From assembly GCA_045562555.1 (NCBI GenBank), contig JBJKVO010000016.1:48474-112473 (forward strand): DNA of 64,000 nt, written 5' to 3'. The notes beneath the pieces are model-generated. The model did not search any database. It saw only the letters and a list, made by a program, of their open reading frames with translations, and was not told where the DNA came from. The stretch comes from Dehalococcoidia bacterium (lineage in GTDB: Bacteria; Chloroflexota; Dehalococcoidia; Lucifugimonadales; UBA3495). Positions 38,118 to 47,736 of this stretch are shown piece by piece. Within the stretch, counting starts at the first letter, position 1, and each line of letters begins with the position of its first letter. The translations under genes and the position numbers were made by a program.

Positions 38118-39031
38118 GAGTTCGACACCGCCGATATTACTGCATCTGCTACCACTTGGACAGCAGCGATTCCTAATTCATCTATATCAAACTCTTTTGA
38201 GGTTTCGCCTGTACCCAGCGCAAACAATGTATCTCCGTCTCTCATGGTATGACAAGGCCTGATAGTTAATGCGAGTCCATCATGGGCTATCCCTGCGATA
38301 TAGTTGGCTTCGGGTTTAGTAATGGCTGCATCGGTAGCAATGATACCAATCGTAGTATTTTCTTGAGATTGTTTTCGGTCAGATTCTACGAAGTGTGTAG
38401 TGTCTAAGGGATTGTAAGTGTCGTCAGCATTCACAGGAATGAGGATAGGATTACCCGTTTTATAATCGAAAATGCTTCCGTAGGAATTCACTGCAATGAC
38501 CGCAGCAACTTGGATGCCTGATGGCAACGTCATAGACGAACATCCAATGCCGCCTTTTTGTCGGTTATTGGATCCATTTGTTTTGGCAACCGTAGCTCCG
38601 GTTCCTGCACCTACGGATCCCACAGGTAAAGGGGCATTTGAAGCTGATTCGCACGCTAGTGCTCCATGTTCTGCAGTTAATACAGTGTTTGACCTGTAAT
38701 TTAAGTCAAACAGGATAGCTGCCGGTATTATGGGTATGATGTTTTCTCCGATTCTGTGCCCGATGGAGAGGTTTCTGAGATATCGAAGTGCCCCATCAGC
38801 AGCTGCAAGGCCAAAAGCGCTACTACCTGCCAGCATAATTCCATGAATATTATTGATACGGCGTTCGGGGGATAGCAGGTCTGTTTCTCGAGTACCGGGA
38901 GAACCGCCTCTAACTGCGACTCCCGCGGATGCTCCTTTAGGGGTTAGGACCACAGTGCACCCTGTTCCTGCGGCTAAGTCAGTGAAGTGACCAGCTGTTA
39001 GGCCTTTAACTGATGTGATTGTGTTATTCAC
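38114..39031 (-). CDS. DmpA/S58 (P1) family aminopeptidase
   Basis: GLTAGHFTD...GTGCTVVL at the N-terminus and GAGTGATVAK are typical of L-aminopeptidase/D-esterase (DmpA/BapA) Ntn-hydrolases. 4-nt overlap with the downstream gene. Confidence 0.75.
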   Translation of the reverse strand: MNNTITSVKGLTAGHFTDLAAGTGCTVVLTPKGASAGVAVRGGSPGTRETDLLSPERRINNIHGIMLAGSSAFGLAAADGALRYLRNLSIGHRIGENIIPIIPAAILFDLNYRSNTVLTAEHGALACESASNAPLPVGSVGAGTGATVAKTNGSNNRQKGGIGCSSMTLPSGIQVAAVIAVNSYGSIFDYKTGNPILIPVNADDTYNPLDTTHFVESDRKQSQENTTIGIIATDAAITKPEANYIAGIAHDGLALTIRPCHTMRDGDTLFALGTGETSKEFDIDELGIAAVQVVADAVISAVSNS

Positions 39032-39199
39032 TATCTCATCCTAGCAGTCGGCAAGGCCCATTGTGTAATGTCGAATTGGTCTCAGTCATAATGATCCAAG
39101 CCATTTGTGCCCATTTCCAAAAAACTCACCTCCACGTCAGCGGTAGATGGTAATCAAATTGTAAAATTGGGTATTTGGATTGTCAAATTTGAAAGTAAG

Positions 39200-40438
39200 T
39201 TATTCTTTTGAATTAACTGAGTTGATTATGCGTTGACCTGCTTCCAAAAAGTCAGTTTCAAGTTCTTGCAGGTCGTTCCTGTTTTGCACGTACAATTCCA
39301 GCGCTTTCATAGGGTCAATCTCTTGAGCGGTCTCAATTGGGATAGATGGTCTTCTTTCTGCTGTGCTTTCATAGGTTATATTGGCTACAAACTGGGATGT
39401 GCTCAAGGAATCCCTGATAATTCTTTCGTCTATCAGAGGGTATAGGTTTGATGGCAGTTTAATTCTCACTCTAACGATTGCTTCCGCAATCTCATGAGTT
39501 GAAAGCTGAAAGGAAATATAGGAATTGGGGTCACCTGTATCTTGGGGCACAGATATATCAATAGTTAGAAATTTTCTCGCATTTACTCGTACAAACTCAA
39601 AGTCAGTTACTCTAGATGTCGCTGAGGCTTTTTCGTCCAATGTGATCACACAGAAGCCCTTATCATCTTTTTCTTCTGAGAAATCGACTCTTTCCAGGCT
39701 GCCAGAGTATACAATCTGGGGATGATTTGAACTGACTATTTGGTGTTTATGGATGTGACCTAAAGCAACATAGTCAATTGCCGGATATTGCAAGCTGCTA
39801 ACTAATAATGTGTGATCGTTACCCATCATCATGGATCGTTCCGATCCAACTGTTGCTCCATTTACCGTGACGTGACCCACTAATATAGCCGGCGTGGAGG
39901 TATCTAAGCTTTCGGCGCAATCCCTAATTCCATTCGTTAGTCTCCGCTCAAGTTCCATTCTGACCTGGTCTATGTTAAGTCCTTTGGTGTCCTCTTTAGA
40001 AAGGAGGGAACCTTTCCGAGGCCACGGGAGGGCAAGTATTTGGATCGGTCCGCTATTTGTGGGGATGGTGTAAGTTTTTATAGTATCCCCGATGTAGATT
40101 CCGTCTACGTTAAGAGTTGGAAATATTTCCACCGCAGTAGCTCTATTTGATGAGTTTGGAAGATCGTGGTTTCCCACCACTACGAAAGTGGGAATGCCTT
40201 CTTCAGTTAACCGTGAAATTCTTTTCGCGAATTCTCTTTGATGGGTTTGAGATGGGTCCCTAGATTTATACACATCTCCAGCTAATATCACTAGGTCTAC
40301 CTGTTGGTTTATGGAATATGACACGAGTTCATCAAAAACCTTGAGGAAATCGTTTAGTCGAGAAGATAATCCTGTGTCAGGGTCAATAGTGCCGTAATTT
40401 TCAACCCCAATGTGGAGGTCAGCAAAGTGAACAATTTT
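39200..40438 (-). CDS. sbcD: SbcD/Mre11-family nuclease (calcineurin-like phosphoesterase)
   Basis: MKIVHFADLHIG, LAGDVY, GNHD and GHIH phosphoesterase motifs. The ATG at 40438 is preferred over the track start at 40465. Confidence 0.85.
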   Translation of the reverse strand, partial: KIVHFADLHIGVENYGTIDPDTGLSSRLNDFLKVFDELVSYSINQQVDLVILAGDVYKSRDPSQTHQREFAKRISRLTEEGIPTFVVVGNHDLPNSSNRATAVEIFPTLNVDGIYIGDTIKTYTIPTNSGPIQILALPWPRKGSLLSKEDTKGLNIDQVRMELERRLTNGIRDCAESLDTSTPAILVGHVTVNGATVGSERSMMMGNDHTLLVSSLQYPAIDYVALGHIHKHQIVSSNHPQIVYSGSLERVDFSEEKDDKGFCVITLDEKASATSRVTDFEFVRVNARKFLTIDISVPQDTGDPNSYISFQLSTHEIAEAIVRVRIKLPSNLYPLIDERIIRDSLSTSQFVANITYESTAERRPSIPIETAQEIDPMKALELYVQNRNDLQELETDFLEAGQRIINSVNSKE

Positions 40439-40543
40439 CATAATACGATTATACATAAAAGACACCTGTAGATTACATAATAAAAACCGCGGAATCTGAA
40501 AGGTTATGGCCCTTTAATGGGTAACTAGTGAATTAACGTGAGA

Positions 40544-40572
40544 TTGACTACAAAATCAAGCTCTGGTACTCT
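40544..40572 (+). promoter_or_regulatory. Putative rnpB promoter
   Basis: TTGACT (40544-40549), a 17-nt spacer, then TACTCT (40567-40572), about 12 nt before the P1 helix of the RNase P RNA. Confidence 0.35.
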
Positions 40573-40584
40573 GATTTCTGGCGA

Positions 40585-40966
40585 TAAATCAAGCTGGGTA
40601 ATCGCCCTCGAAAGAGGGAGGAAAGTCCGGGCTCCGATGAACGTGGCGCTGGGTAACTCCCAGGCACCAGTTTGACTGGTGACGGAAAGTGGCACAGAAA
40701 ATATACCGCCAGCTATTAGTTGGTAAGGGTGAAAACGTACGGTAAGAGCGTACGGCTTTTAGAGGTGACTCTAGAGTGGCTAAACCCCGTCAGGAGCAAG
40801 GCCAAATAGGGAACTGATGAATGTTCATATCGAATGTAGGTTCCGGGTAGGCTGCTTGACCCCAATGGCAACATTCCTAATTGCTAGGATACTATAAAGT
40901 ATGGGGCTAGATAGATGATTACCGCCTCTGATTGAGGTACAGAACCCGGCTTATAGGCTTGATTGT
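40585..40966 (+). ncRNA. rnpB: RNase P RNA, bacterial type A
   Basis: Universally conserved blocks: GAGGAAAGUCCGGGCUC (P4 5'), GGUAAGGGUGAAA, GAGCAAGGCCAAAUAGGG, GGGUAGGCUGCUUGA and ACAGAACCCGGCUUAU (P4 3'). P1 pairs AAUCAAGC (40587-40594) with GCUUGAUU (40957-40964). P2 pairs GGUAAUC with GAUUACC. Confidence 0.93.
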
Positions 40967-41030
40967 CGTCAACAAATTAAGTAACAATAGGATTGCCGAA
41001 TAACCAAAGGCAGGTGGGCAAGGAAGATTC

Positions 41031-41678
41031 GTGTTTATAGATTTGCATAGTCACTCCATCTCTTCAGATGATTCGAGGGCTACAGTCGAACAATTTGTTA
41101 AATGGGTAGGCGTACTGCGAAAAAAAGGTTTCAGTATAGATGGGTTTGTCTTGACTGAACACCGAAAATTTGATGCTGATAAGGATTATAGTGATCTGGC
41201 TGAACAGTACAGTGTCAAAATCTTTAAAGGATCAGAATTAGACACTGCACACGGGCATTTTTTGGTTTATGGTGTTAGTGAATCTTTGACAAAAGCAATA
41301 GACTTTTCTAACGTTAAGATGGATTCCAGGGAATTAATGGACGCAGCAGAATTCCACGGTGCGATAGCTTTCCCTGCCCATCCTGGGAGATTCGGTATCG
41401 GATTAGTGGAATACATGGCAGCTGGCGAAAAATTTCCGCAAGTGAAAATCGTTGAGAAACTGAACGGTGGAGGGAGAGCTGGTGAAAATGAAAGAGCGAT
41501 TGAGCTCTGTGACCAAATGCTCTATTTAGGCACTGGAGGCAGTGACGCCCATTTAGCCAGTCATTTAGGGGCCTGCATGACCAAGTTCGATCAAGAGAAT
41601 ATAGCAAATGAGATGGATTTGGTGAAAGCATTGAACAGTGGTAAGTTCCATCCTGTAAGAATTGAAGAAACTAATTGA
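41031..41678 (+). CDS. PHP-domain metal-dependent phosphoesterase
   Basis: N-terminal DLHSHS motif with later HP and GGSDAH motifs. GTG start. 215 aa. Confidence 0.75.
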   Translation: MFIDLHSHSISSDDSRATVEQFVKWVGVLRKKGFSIDGFVLTEHRKFDADKDYSDLAEQYSVKIFKGSELDTAHGHFLVYGVSESLTKAIDFSNVKMDSRELMDAAEFHGAIAFPAHPGRFGIGLVEYMAAGEKFPQVKIVEKLNGGGRAGENERAIELCDQMLYLGTGGSDAHLASHLGACMTKFDQENIANEMDLVKALNSGKFHPVRIEETN

Positions 41679-41688
41679 GGAGATACAA

Positions 41689-42138
41689 ATGGAGTTTAAA
41701 TTAGAGTATGACAAATCCTTGTATGGGAAAGAACATGTAGCAGGACCTTTCCCAGTCACTGCAGATCTTATTCAAGGGTTTTCTAAAGCCACAGGTGAAT
41801 CTAATCCTGTGTATTTTGATGAAAATGTTGCTAAAAAGGAAGGATATGGAGGAGTTGTTGCCCCTCCGACTTTCTGCACGATGTTTGTGAGGCAGGTAAA
41901 ATTGCCTGATATAAAATTGAAATTTGGTAAAAACCGATTCCATGCTGGACAAAGAGTTTCTGTAAAAGCTTCGATTACGGCTGGTGATACACTCAACGCA
42001 TCATCTCATTTGAAAGAGGTCTATCCTAAAACTGGCCGCAGTGGAACTATGGTATTTATCGTGTGGGAAACCACCTTTACTAATCAAAACGGAAACGTAG
42101 TGGCAGACGTGCAAGAATCCTTTGCCACGAGGGAGTAA
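41689..42138 (+). CDS. Hotdog-fold protein (MaoC/FAS1-like dehydratase N-terminal type)
   Basis: The ATG at 41689 lies 6 nt after GAGGAG. 149 aa. ...NPVYFDENVAKKEGYGGVVAPPTF resembles the non-catalytic partner of two-subunit (R)-hydratases. Confidence 0.65.
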   Translation: MEFKLEYDKSLYGKEHVAGPFPVTADLIQGFSKATGESNPVYFDENVAKKEGYGGVVAPPTFCTMFVRQVKLPDIKLKFGKNRFHAGQRVSVKASITAGDTLNASSHLKEVYPKTGRSGTMVFIVWETTFTNQNGNVVADVQESFATRE

Positions 42139-42142
42139 TAGA

Positions 42143-42577
42143 ATGAGCCAAAAATACTTTGAAGATTTTGAACTTGGAGACGAGATCGGTCCCATGGTTT
42201 TACAAGCCACTGATGATCAAGTCGTAGAATTCTGTGAATTATGGGGAAATAAACCTCCCAATAGATTTACGAGTAAGGAGATTGCTGAACAAACAGGGGT
42301 AGGTGAACCTATAGTTCCCGGTATCATGAGTATGGCGCTTATTGCGGAATTATTTAATGAATGCGGAGGTTCTCAAAACATTGTAGACTTAGACGTGGTT
42401 TTCAGAGCTTCCGTTCCACACAACGCCCCCTTGCATGTGGTTGGTACCATCACCGATACCAGAGAGGACGGAGATTTGAACTTAATCGAATGCGACATTT
42501 TGATGACCGGCCCAGAATCGCAAAGATACGTCATTGGGACAGCGATAGTGAATTTGCCAAAAAAATCAGATTTATAA
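42143..42577 (+). CDS. MaoC-like (R)-specific enoyl-CoA/ACP hydratase hotdog protein
   Basis: The ATG at 42143 lies 4 nt after the upstream stop. 144 aa. Hotdog-fold length and pattern, paired with the preceding hotdog gene (HadAB-like arrangement). Confidence 0.6.
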   Translation: MSQKYFEDFELGDEIGPMVLQATDDQVVEFCELWGNKPPNRFTSKEIAEQTGVGEPIVPGIMSMALIAELFNECGGSQNIVDLDVVFRASVPHNAPLHVVGTITDTREDGDLNLIECDILMTGPESQRYVIGTAIVNLPKKSDL

Positions 42578-42589
42578 GGTGGGTGTTGT

Positions 42590-43438
42590 ATGTATGACCT
42601 GAGTGGTAAAGTAGCAATTGTAACTGGTGCTGGTGGCAGAAATGGAATTGGAAGATCAATTGCGACCAGATTAGCATCCGAAGGTGCAGATGTAGTGGTC
42701 ACCGATATAATTCAATCCTTAGACAGTATTCGGCCAGAAGATGCGCTTGAGGGTTGGGAAGGACTACCTAGTGTAGTGAAGGAAATTGAACAGATGGGAC
42801 GCAAGTCGTTAGGAGTGTACTCAGACGTTTCAGTACAAAAAGACGTTGACGATCTGGTTCAGCAAGTTCTCGGAAAATTCGGAAAAATTGACATATTAGT
42901 CAACAACGCTGGGTCTAGGCCAGGTAAAGACAGAGTTCTGGTAATTGATTTAGAAGAAGAAGCTCTCGACCTTGTGATGAGGGTTAATGTGAAAGGAACG
43001 TTTCTTTGTTCGCAAGCTGTTGTTAAACAAATGATTTCGCAGAAAACGGGCGGAAAAATCGTTGTTATCTCCTCAGGAGCTGGCAAAAAAGGCATAGCCA
43101 AGTATGCGGCCTATTGCGCGTCTAAGTTTGCATTAATAGGGTTCACGCAGTCCCTAGCTAAAGAAGTTGGTGAGTACGGCATCAATGTGAATGCTATATG
43201 CCCTGGGTTAGTGGATACAGAGCGGGTGGATTTTATAGCTGCTGCATTGGCTAACAGCGGAGAATCTGGAGCAGAATATCGAGCTGAAATGATCCAGGAA
43301 AGATCTACTGTAGTCCCTTTGGGTAGGGTTGCTCAAGGAGAAGATATAGCCAATACAGCTGCATTTTTATGCTCCAAAGAATCAGACTATCTCACCGGAT
43401 TGTCGATTAGTGTCTCCGGTGGAAGTGAAATGAATTAA
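42590..43438 (+). CDS. SDR-family oxidoreductase
   Basis: TGAGGRNGIG cofactor motif, NNAG, and the catalytic YxxxK (YCASK). 282 aa. Confidence 0.88.
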   Translation: MYDLSGKVAIVTGAGGRNGIGRSIATRLASEGADVVVTDIIQSLDSIRPEDALEGWEGLPSVVKEIEQMGRKSLGVYSDVSVQKDVDDLVQQVLGKFGKIDILVNNAGSRPGKDRVLVIDLEEEALDLVMRVNVKGTFLCSQAVVKQMISQKTGGKIVVISSGAGKKGIAKYAAYCASKFALIGFTQSLAKEVGEYGINVNAICPGLVDTERVDFIAAALANSGESGAEYRAEMIQERSTVVPLGRVAQGEDIANTAAFLCSKESDYLTGLSISVSGGSEMN

Positions 43439-43447
43439 GGTGTTGGG

Positions 43448-43735
43448 TTGGAAATAAATAACGAACAAGTACGGCATCTAGCATCACTTATTAGAGTTCA
43501 ATTAACGGATGAAGAAATTCAAACATTAGGTGAGCAGCTTAATGGGTTGGTTAACGAATTCAACATTCTTCAAGAAGTTGACACTGATGCGACTGAACCT
43601 ACTGGCCACATTGCTGATTTGAAGACTATATTACGCCCAGATGTAACGAAGGATTCAATACAAGTTGAAGACGTCTTAAGTAATGCGCCCGAAACGGTGA
43701 GTGAATTTATTAGAGTCAAGAGAGTGATTGAGTAA
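43448..43735 (+). CDS. gatC: Asp/Glu-tRNA(Asn/Gln) amidotransferase subunit C
   Basis: 95 aa. [16 protein letters not shown]...L..I...F..L.EVDT pattern. Immediately upstream of gatA. TTG start. Confidence 0.85.
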   Translation: MEINNEQVRHLASLIRVQLTDEEIQTLGEQLNGLVNEFNILQEVDTDATEPTGHIADLKTILRPDVTKDSIQVEDVLSNAPETVSEFIRVKRVIE

Positions 43736-43739
43736 TTGC

Positions 43740-45197
43740 ATGACTGAATTATGGGAATTAAGCGTTAAAGATGCAATGCAGGGTTTACGGGAGAGAACTT
43801 TTTCTTGTGTGGAATTAACTGAATCTAATTTGACACGGGTGCATAATGCAGAACCGAAGGTTCAAGCCTTTATCACTTTGACAGAAGACTCCGCTCGCCG
43901 TGATGCTGCAAAAGCAGATCAAATCTTAGCGTCGGGTAACATGTCAACTTTGACCGGTATCCCAATGCAACTTAAAGACTTATTGTGTACACGAAATACA
44001 CCCACTACCTGTGGGTCGCGGATGTTGGAAAATTTTGTGCCAGTATATGACGCTACCGTGGTACAAAAGTTACAGGAAGCAGGAGCAGTATCACTGGGCA
44101 AAGGCAATATGGATGAGTTTGCTATGGGGTCTTCCTGCGAGAATTCAGCGTTTCATCCGACCTATAATCCTTGGGATTTGGAAAGAGTTCCTGGAGGTAG
44201 TAGCGGAGGCGCAGCAGCTTCAGTTGCGAGCGGGGAAGTAATGTTTTCAATTGGATCTGACACTGGAGGTAGTATTAGGCAACCGGCTGCATTATGTGGC
44301 GTAGTAGGGATGAAGCCTACTTATGGTCTCGTAAGCCGTTACGGTCTCATTGCGTTCGCATCTTCCTTAGACCAAATTGGCCCATTGACTCGCAGTGTGT
44401 ATGACAATGCCCTAGTACTAGATGCCATTTCCGGATACGATCCTATGGACGCTACGAGTGTGGATTCAGGTATTGGTTCCATCTCTGCCAGCTTAACAGG
44501 CGATATCCGAGGACTGAAATTAGGTGTGCCATCGGAGTATTTTGGAGACGGAATAGATCAAAATGTAAAAACTTTAGTAATGAATGCAATTTCAGTATTG
44601 GAAGCACACGGAGCAGAACTTGTTGATGTTTCTTTGCCACACACAAAGTACGCACTATCTTGCTATTATATAATCGCACCTTCCGAATGCTCCTCTAATT
44701 TAGCTAGATATGATGGTGTCAAATACGGACATTCCTTCTTAGACACTGATAATATGTGGGAGGCTATGGAAAGCACTAGAGGTGGAGGATTTGGCCCGGA
44801 AGTCAAACGGAGGATGATGCTTGGCACATATGCCCTTTCCTCGGGATATTATGATGCATATTACTTGAAAGCTCAAAAAGTTAGAACTCTTATCAAAAAA
44901 GAATTTGACGAAGTGTTTCAAAAAGTAGACGCGATTATTTCACCAACTACTCCCACTACTGCATTCAAGATTGGTGAAAAAACAGAGGATCCTCTGTCTA
45001 TGTACTTAAACGATATACTAACCATTCCAGCCAATATGGCCGGCCTGCCAGGAATGTCTGTGCCCTGCGGGTTTGTCGACGGGTTACCGACAGGTCTGCA
45101 AATAATCGGCCCCAGGTTTTCGGAAGCAAGACTTTATGATATTGGCATGGCATATGAACAAAACACAGACTGGATAACACTCCAATCTGAGATTTAG
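43740..45197 (+). CDS. gatA: Asp/Glu-tRNA(Asn/Gln) amidotransferase subunit A
   Basis: Amidase signature [12 protein letters not shown]...[12 protein letters not shown]. The ATG at 43740 is preferred over the upstream TTG at 43728. Confidence 0.93.
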   Translation: MTELWELSVKDAMQGLRERTFSCVELTESNLTRVHNAEPKVQAFITLTEDSARRDAAKADQILASGNMSTLTGIPMQLKDLLCTRNTPTTCGSRMLENFVPVYDATVVQKLQEAGAVSLGKGNMDEFAMGSSCENSAFHPTYNPWDLERVPGGSSGGAAASVASGEVMFSIGSDTGGSIRQPAALCGVVGMKPTYGLVSRYGLIAFASSLDQIGPLTRSVYDNALVLDAISGYDPMDATSVDSGIGSISASLTGDIRGLKLGVPSEYFGDGIDQNVKTLVMNAISVLEAHGAELVDVSLPHTKYALSCYYIIAPSECSSNLARYDGVKYGHSFLDTDNMWEAMESTRGGGFGPEVKRRMMLGTYALSSGYYDAYYLKAQKVRTLIKKEFDEVFQKVDAIISPTTPTTAFKIGEKTEDPLSMYLNDILTIPANMAGLPGMSVPCGFVDGLPTGLQIIGPRFSEARLYDIGMAYEQNTDWITLQSEI

Positions 45198-45210
45198 GAA
45201 TGTTAAGCTA

Positions 45211-46338
45211 ATGAATCGAATGGAGTTGGAAGGCAAACTCCTTGAATTTCTGTCTGCGGAATCACCTGATTCGGTAATTTGGATCAGTTTGTCTATTTGG
45301 GTAGGTGTTAATTATGATCATATCCCTCCCTGCTCAAAAGATCAGGTTGTTAAATTTGTGCAAGAATCAATAGCTGCAGCGGAAATTCGATTAATGTGCT
45401 TTCGAGACCTTGAGAAATGTTCAGCATTTAATAAGAATTACTCTACACTGGAGATATTGAACGGAGAGCCATTCCGATCTGTGGGACTTGCGAATTTTTT
45501 TGATGAAGATATGTATTCTTGGGTTATCAATGACAGATTGTTGCCAATGCTCGATTTATTTCGTGATGGATTAGATTTACAACTAGGAAGATCCACTGAT
45601 GACGCAAGTTTGTTCGAGTATGCAATCAACGATAAAACCCTTCATCAAATATTTCAGGATTTTGACACGGACACGACTAACAATGCTGTCATTGTAGGAA
45701 ATGATGAGTTTTTGCGAATCCAGGATCCAGCCGGCTTGAACAAGCTTATCCAGATAGCACCACAAATCATTGCCCAAAATGAGAATACTCCTCAAGATAT
45801 TGAAAAGTCTTTGCTGGGCCGGACAGGAATTTTTCATAACGCTAGCTCATCATTGATGATTACCAAATTGTGGTTCATTGACAGACTGATTGGAACAAGT
45901 CAGCTTGGATATGAATGGCATTTCGCTCCTGTATATAATCACATAAATTTTTCGATTAAAAATTCTAAAATTGATGGAATCAAAGATGATCTCGTGTCTT
46001 GTATCCAAAATTCCTCTTTGCTTCCGTTTTATTTAGATTGGATGCTGTACCGAATGGAACAGTATATAAATGGAGCTAGATTAAGATTAAAAAATGGGTA
46101 TGACTCTAGAATTGTGGAATCGATATGTTCTGCATATTATGATTATCTAATTAGCAGAAAGCCAAGAACCCCTGTTCCTACCCCTGTCGATATTGACAGT
46201 GCGGATGCATTGGTCGAGGCATTAAGGATTCTGATAGTACAAGTTTCTCCTCCCTTGGGATTGGTGCTGTTGCAAGGATTAAAACCCGGATTGTTAAGTG
46301 TTGCCGCGAGCAAAGAACAATGGGATATTTGTATTTGA
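45211..46338 (+). CDS. Hypothetical protein (375 aa)
   Basis: Long uninterrupted ORF on the operon strand between gatA and the TPP-enzyme genes. No motif recognised. Confidence 0.55.
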   Translation: MNRMELEGKLLEFLSAESPDSVIWISLSIWVGVNYDHIPPCSKDQVVKFVQESIAAAEIRLMCFRDLEKCSAFNKNYSTLEILNGEPFRSVGLANFFDEDMYSWVINDRLLPMLDLFRDGLDLQLGRSTDDASLFEYAINDKTLHQIFQDFDTDTTNNAVIVGNDEFLRIQDPAGLNKLIQIAPQIIAQNENTPQDIEKSLLGRTGIFHNASSSLMITKLWFIDRLIGTSQLGYEWHFAPVYNHINFSIKNSKIDGIKDDLVSCIQNSSLLPFYLDWMLYRMEQYINGARLRLKNGYDSRIVESICSAYYDYLISRKPRTPVPTPVDIDSADALVEALRILIVQVSPPLGLVLLQGLKPGLLSVAASKEQWDICI

Positions 46339-46393
46339 CTAGAACATGCAAACCAAGTAAAGTACCCATAGAACTAGATATAGGAGTTTTTAA

Positions 46394-46903
46394 ATGACAA
46401 CATATGAGTCTATATTGCACCCGAAATCCCTTGTTGATCAGTTGGTTAAGAATGATGTTACTCACGTGGTATGGCTACCTGACAGTGAGACTAACTTCTT
46501 GTATGAATTGATGACCAGCACGCCATCTTTGGACCTGGTCCCTGTATGCAGAGAAGGGGAAACTATGGCAGTAGCTGCCGGTCTATGGGTTGGGGGCAAA
46601 AAACCAGTAGTACTAATTCAAAACACAGGTATATTCGAGTCGGGAGACTCAATCAGGGGTCTTGGATTAGATATTAATCAACCTTTAGTAATGCTAATTG
46701 GTTACAGGGGATGGTCCAGAAGAGGCCCTACTCCTGATAGTGCAGCTGTATTTATTGAGCACCACTTACACACTTGGGGTATCAACTATTACCTTGTAGA
46801 AAGTGACGCTGATGCTGATAGGATAAGTATAGCGATGGAAGAAGCATATAGAACGAATAAACCCGTCGGTGTACTTGTTGGTACAGAATTCGGCGCGGAC
46901 TAG
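46394..46903 (+). CDS. Split TPP-dependent decarboxylase, alpha (pyrimidine-binding) subunit; sulfopyruvate/phosphonopyruvate decarboxylase-like
   Basis: 169 aa. VTHVVWLPDSETNFLYE...CREGETMAVAAGLWVGGKKPVVLIQNTG matches the ComD-type N-terminal TPP domain, including the catalytic Glu context. Confidence 0.7.
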   Translation: MTTYESILHPKSLVDQLVKNDVTHVVWLPDSETNFLYELMTSTPSLDLVPVCREGETMAVAAGLWVGGKKPVVLIQNTGIFESGDSIRGLGLDINQPLVMLIGYRGWSRRGPTPDSAAVFIEHHLHTWGINYYLVESDADADRISIAMEEAYRTNKPVGVLVGTEFGAD

Positions 46904-46911
46904 GAGAAAAG

Positions 46912-47496
46912 ATGATTAATAATACAGAGGCTGTAAAATTACTTAACAGTAAAAGAGATGACTCCGTCATCGTAGCAACAATGAATGCGGGCAATGCCAG
47001 ATTTGGCCTTCCTACAGTGAGCTCTAACGATTCCTTAGACGTACCGTTGTCCGGAGCGATGGGGAAAGCAGGTAACTTCGCACTTGGTGTAGCTTTAGCT
47101 AATCCAGATAGAAAAGTGATGTGTCTGGATGGCGATGGAAGCTTGTTAATGAACCTGGGAACAATGGTAACTGTTGCTAATAAATCTGTTAAGAATATGT
47201 ACCATTTCGTGTTCGACAATGGGGCATACTGCGTTACCGGAGGACAACCAGTTCCCGGTGCAGGAGTTTTGGACTGGAAAGCTATGGGAGATGCTGCTGG
47301 CTACGCGGCGAGTTTTTCTTTTGACAACCTAGAAGATTTGGTCACAGGAATTGACGAAGTATTCTCTACTGAAGGTCCTGTTTTCATCAGGCTAGCTGTA
47401 GATAAAGAAGTTGAAAACACTCCTGTACAATACAGAGAGAGACCAAGACGTACAATGAAAGACGCAATTATAGAGCTTCCTAAAGCTCTGTCTTAA
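46912..47496 (+). CDS. Split TPP-dependent decarboxylase, beta (diphosphate-binding) subunit
   Basis: 194 aa. GAMGKAGNFALGVALA, then LDGDGSLLMNLG...FDNGAY, the canonical GDG-(x)n-N TPP/Mg motif. Confidence 0.72.
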   Translation: MINNTEAVKLLNSKRDDSVIVATMNAGNARFGLPTVSSNDSLDVPLSGAMGKAGNFALGVALANPDRKVMCLDGDGSLLMNLGTMVTVANKSVKNMYHFVFDNGAYCVTGGQPVPGAGVLDWKAMGDAAGYAASFSFDNLEDLVTGIDEVFSTEGPVFIRLAVDKEVENTPVQYRERPRRTMKDAIIELPKALS

Positions 47497-47514
47497 CCGG
47501 AAAGGTTAACCAAA

Positions 47515-47736
47515 TTGGGTCGACTCATCTTAGGGCAAATAGGGAAAAGGCTACTAGGCTACAGCCTGTTTGCCCTGGGGTGGTACATATTGATGACTCG
47601 ATTCGTACAAGGTGATTGGTTTGTTGGCGTTTTAGGAGGGTTACTTATACCCATTAGCTTAGGATTGATCATAAGAGCCCGAAGACAAATGCTTCAAGAA
47701 ATCAAATCATCCCCTATAGAGGAACGAGATGATTAA
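47515..47736 (+). CDS. Small 2-TM membrane protein (73 aa)
   Basis: TTG start and two hydrophobic helices. It overlaps the next gene by 8 nt and lies inside the TPP-enzyme cluster. Confidence 0.4.
   Translation: MGRLILGQIGKRLLGYSLFALGWYILMTRFVQGDWFVGVLGGLLIPISLGLIIRARRQMLQEIKSSPIEERDD

Noticed and set aside
40553-40595. A 10-nt direct repeat AAATCAAGCT (40553-40562 and 40586-40595) at the rnpB 5' end.
   Set aside because: The upstream copy could in principle form an alternative P1 pairing. However, it lies in the promoter spacer, and the P2 pairing fixes the mature 5' end at the second copy. This is probably coincidence.
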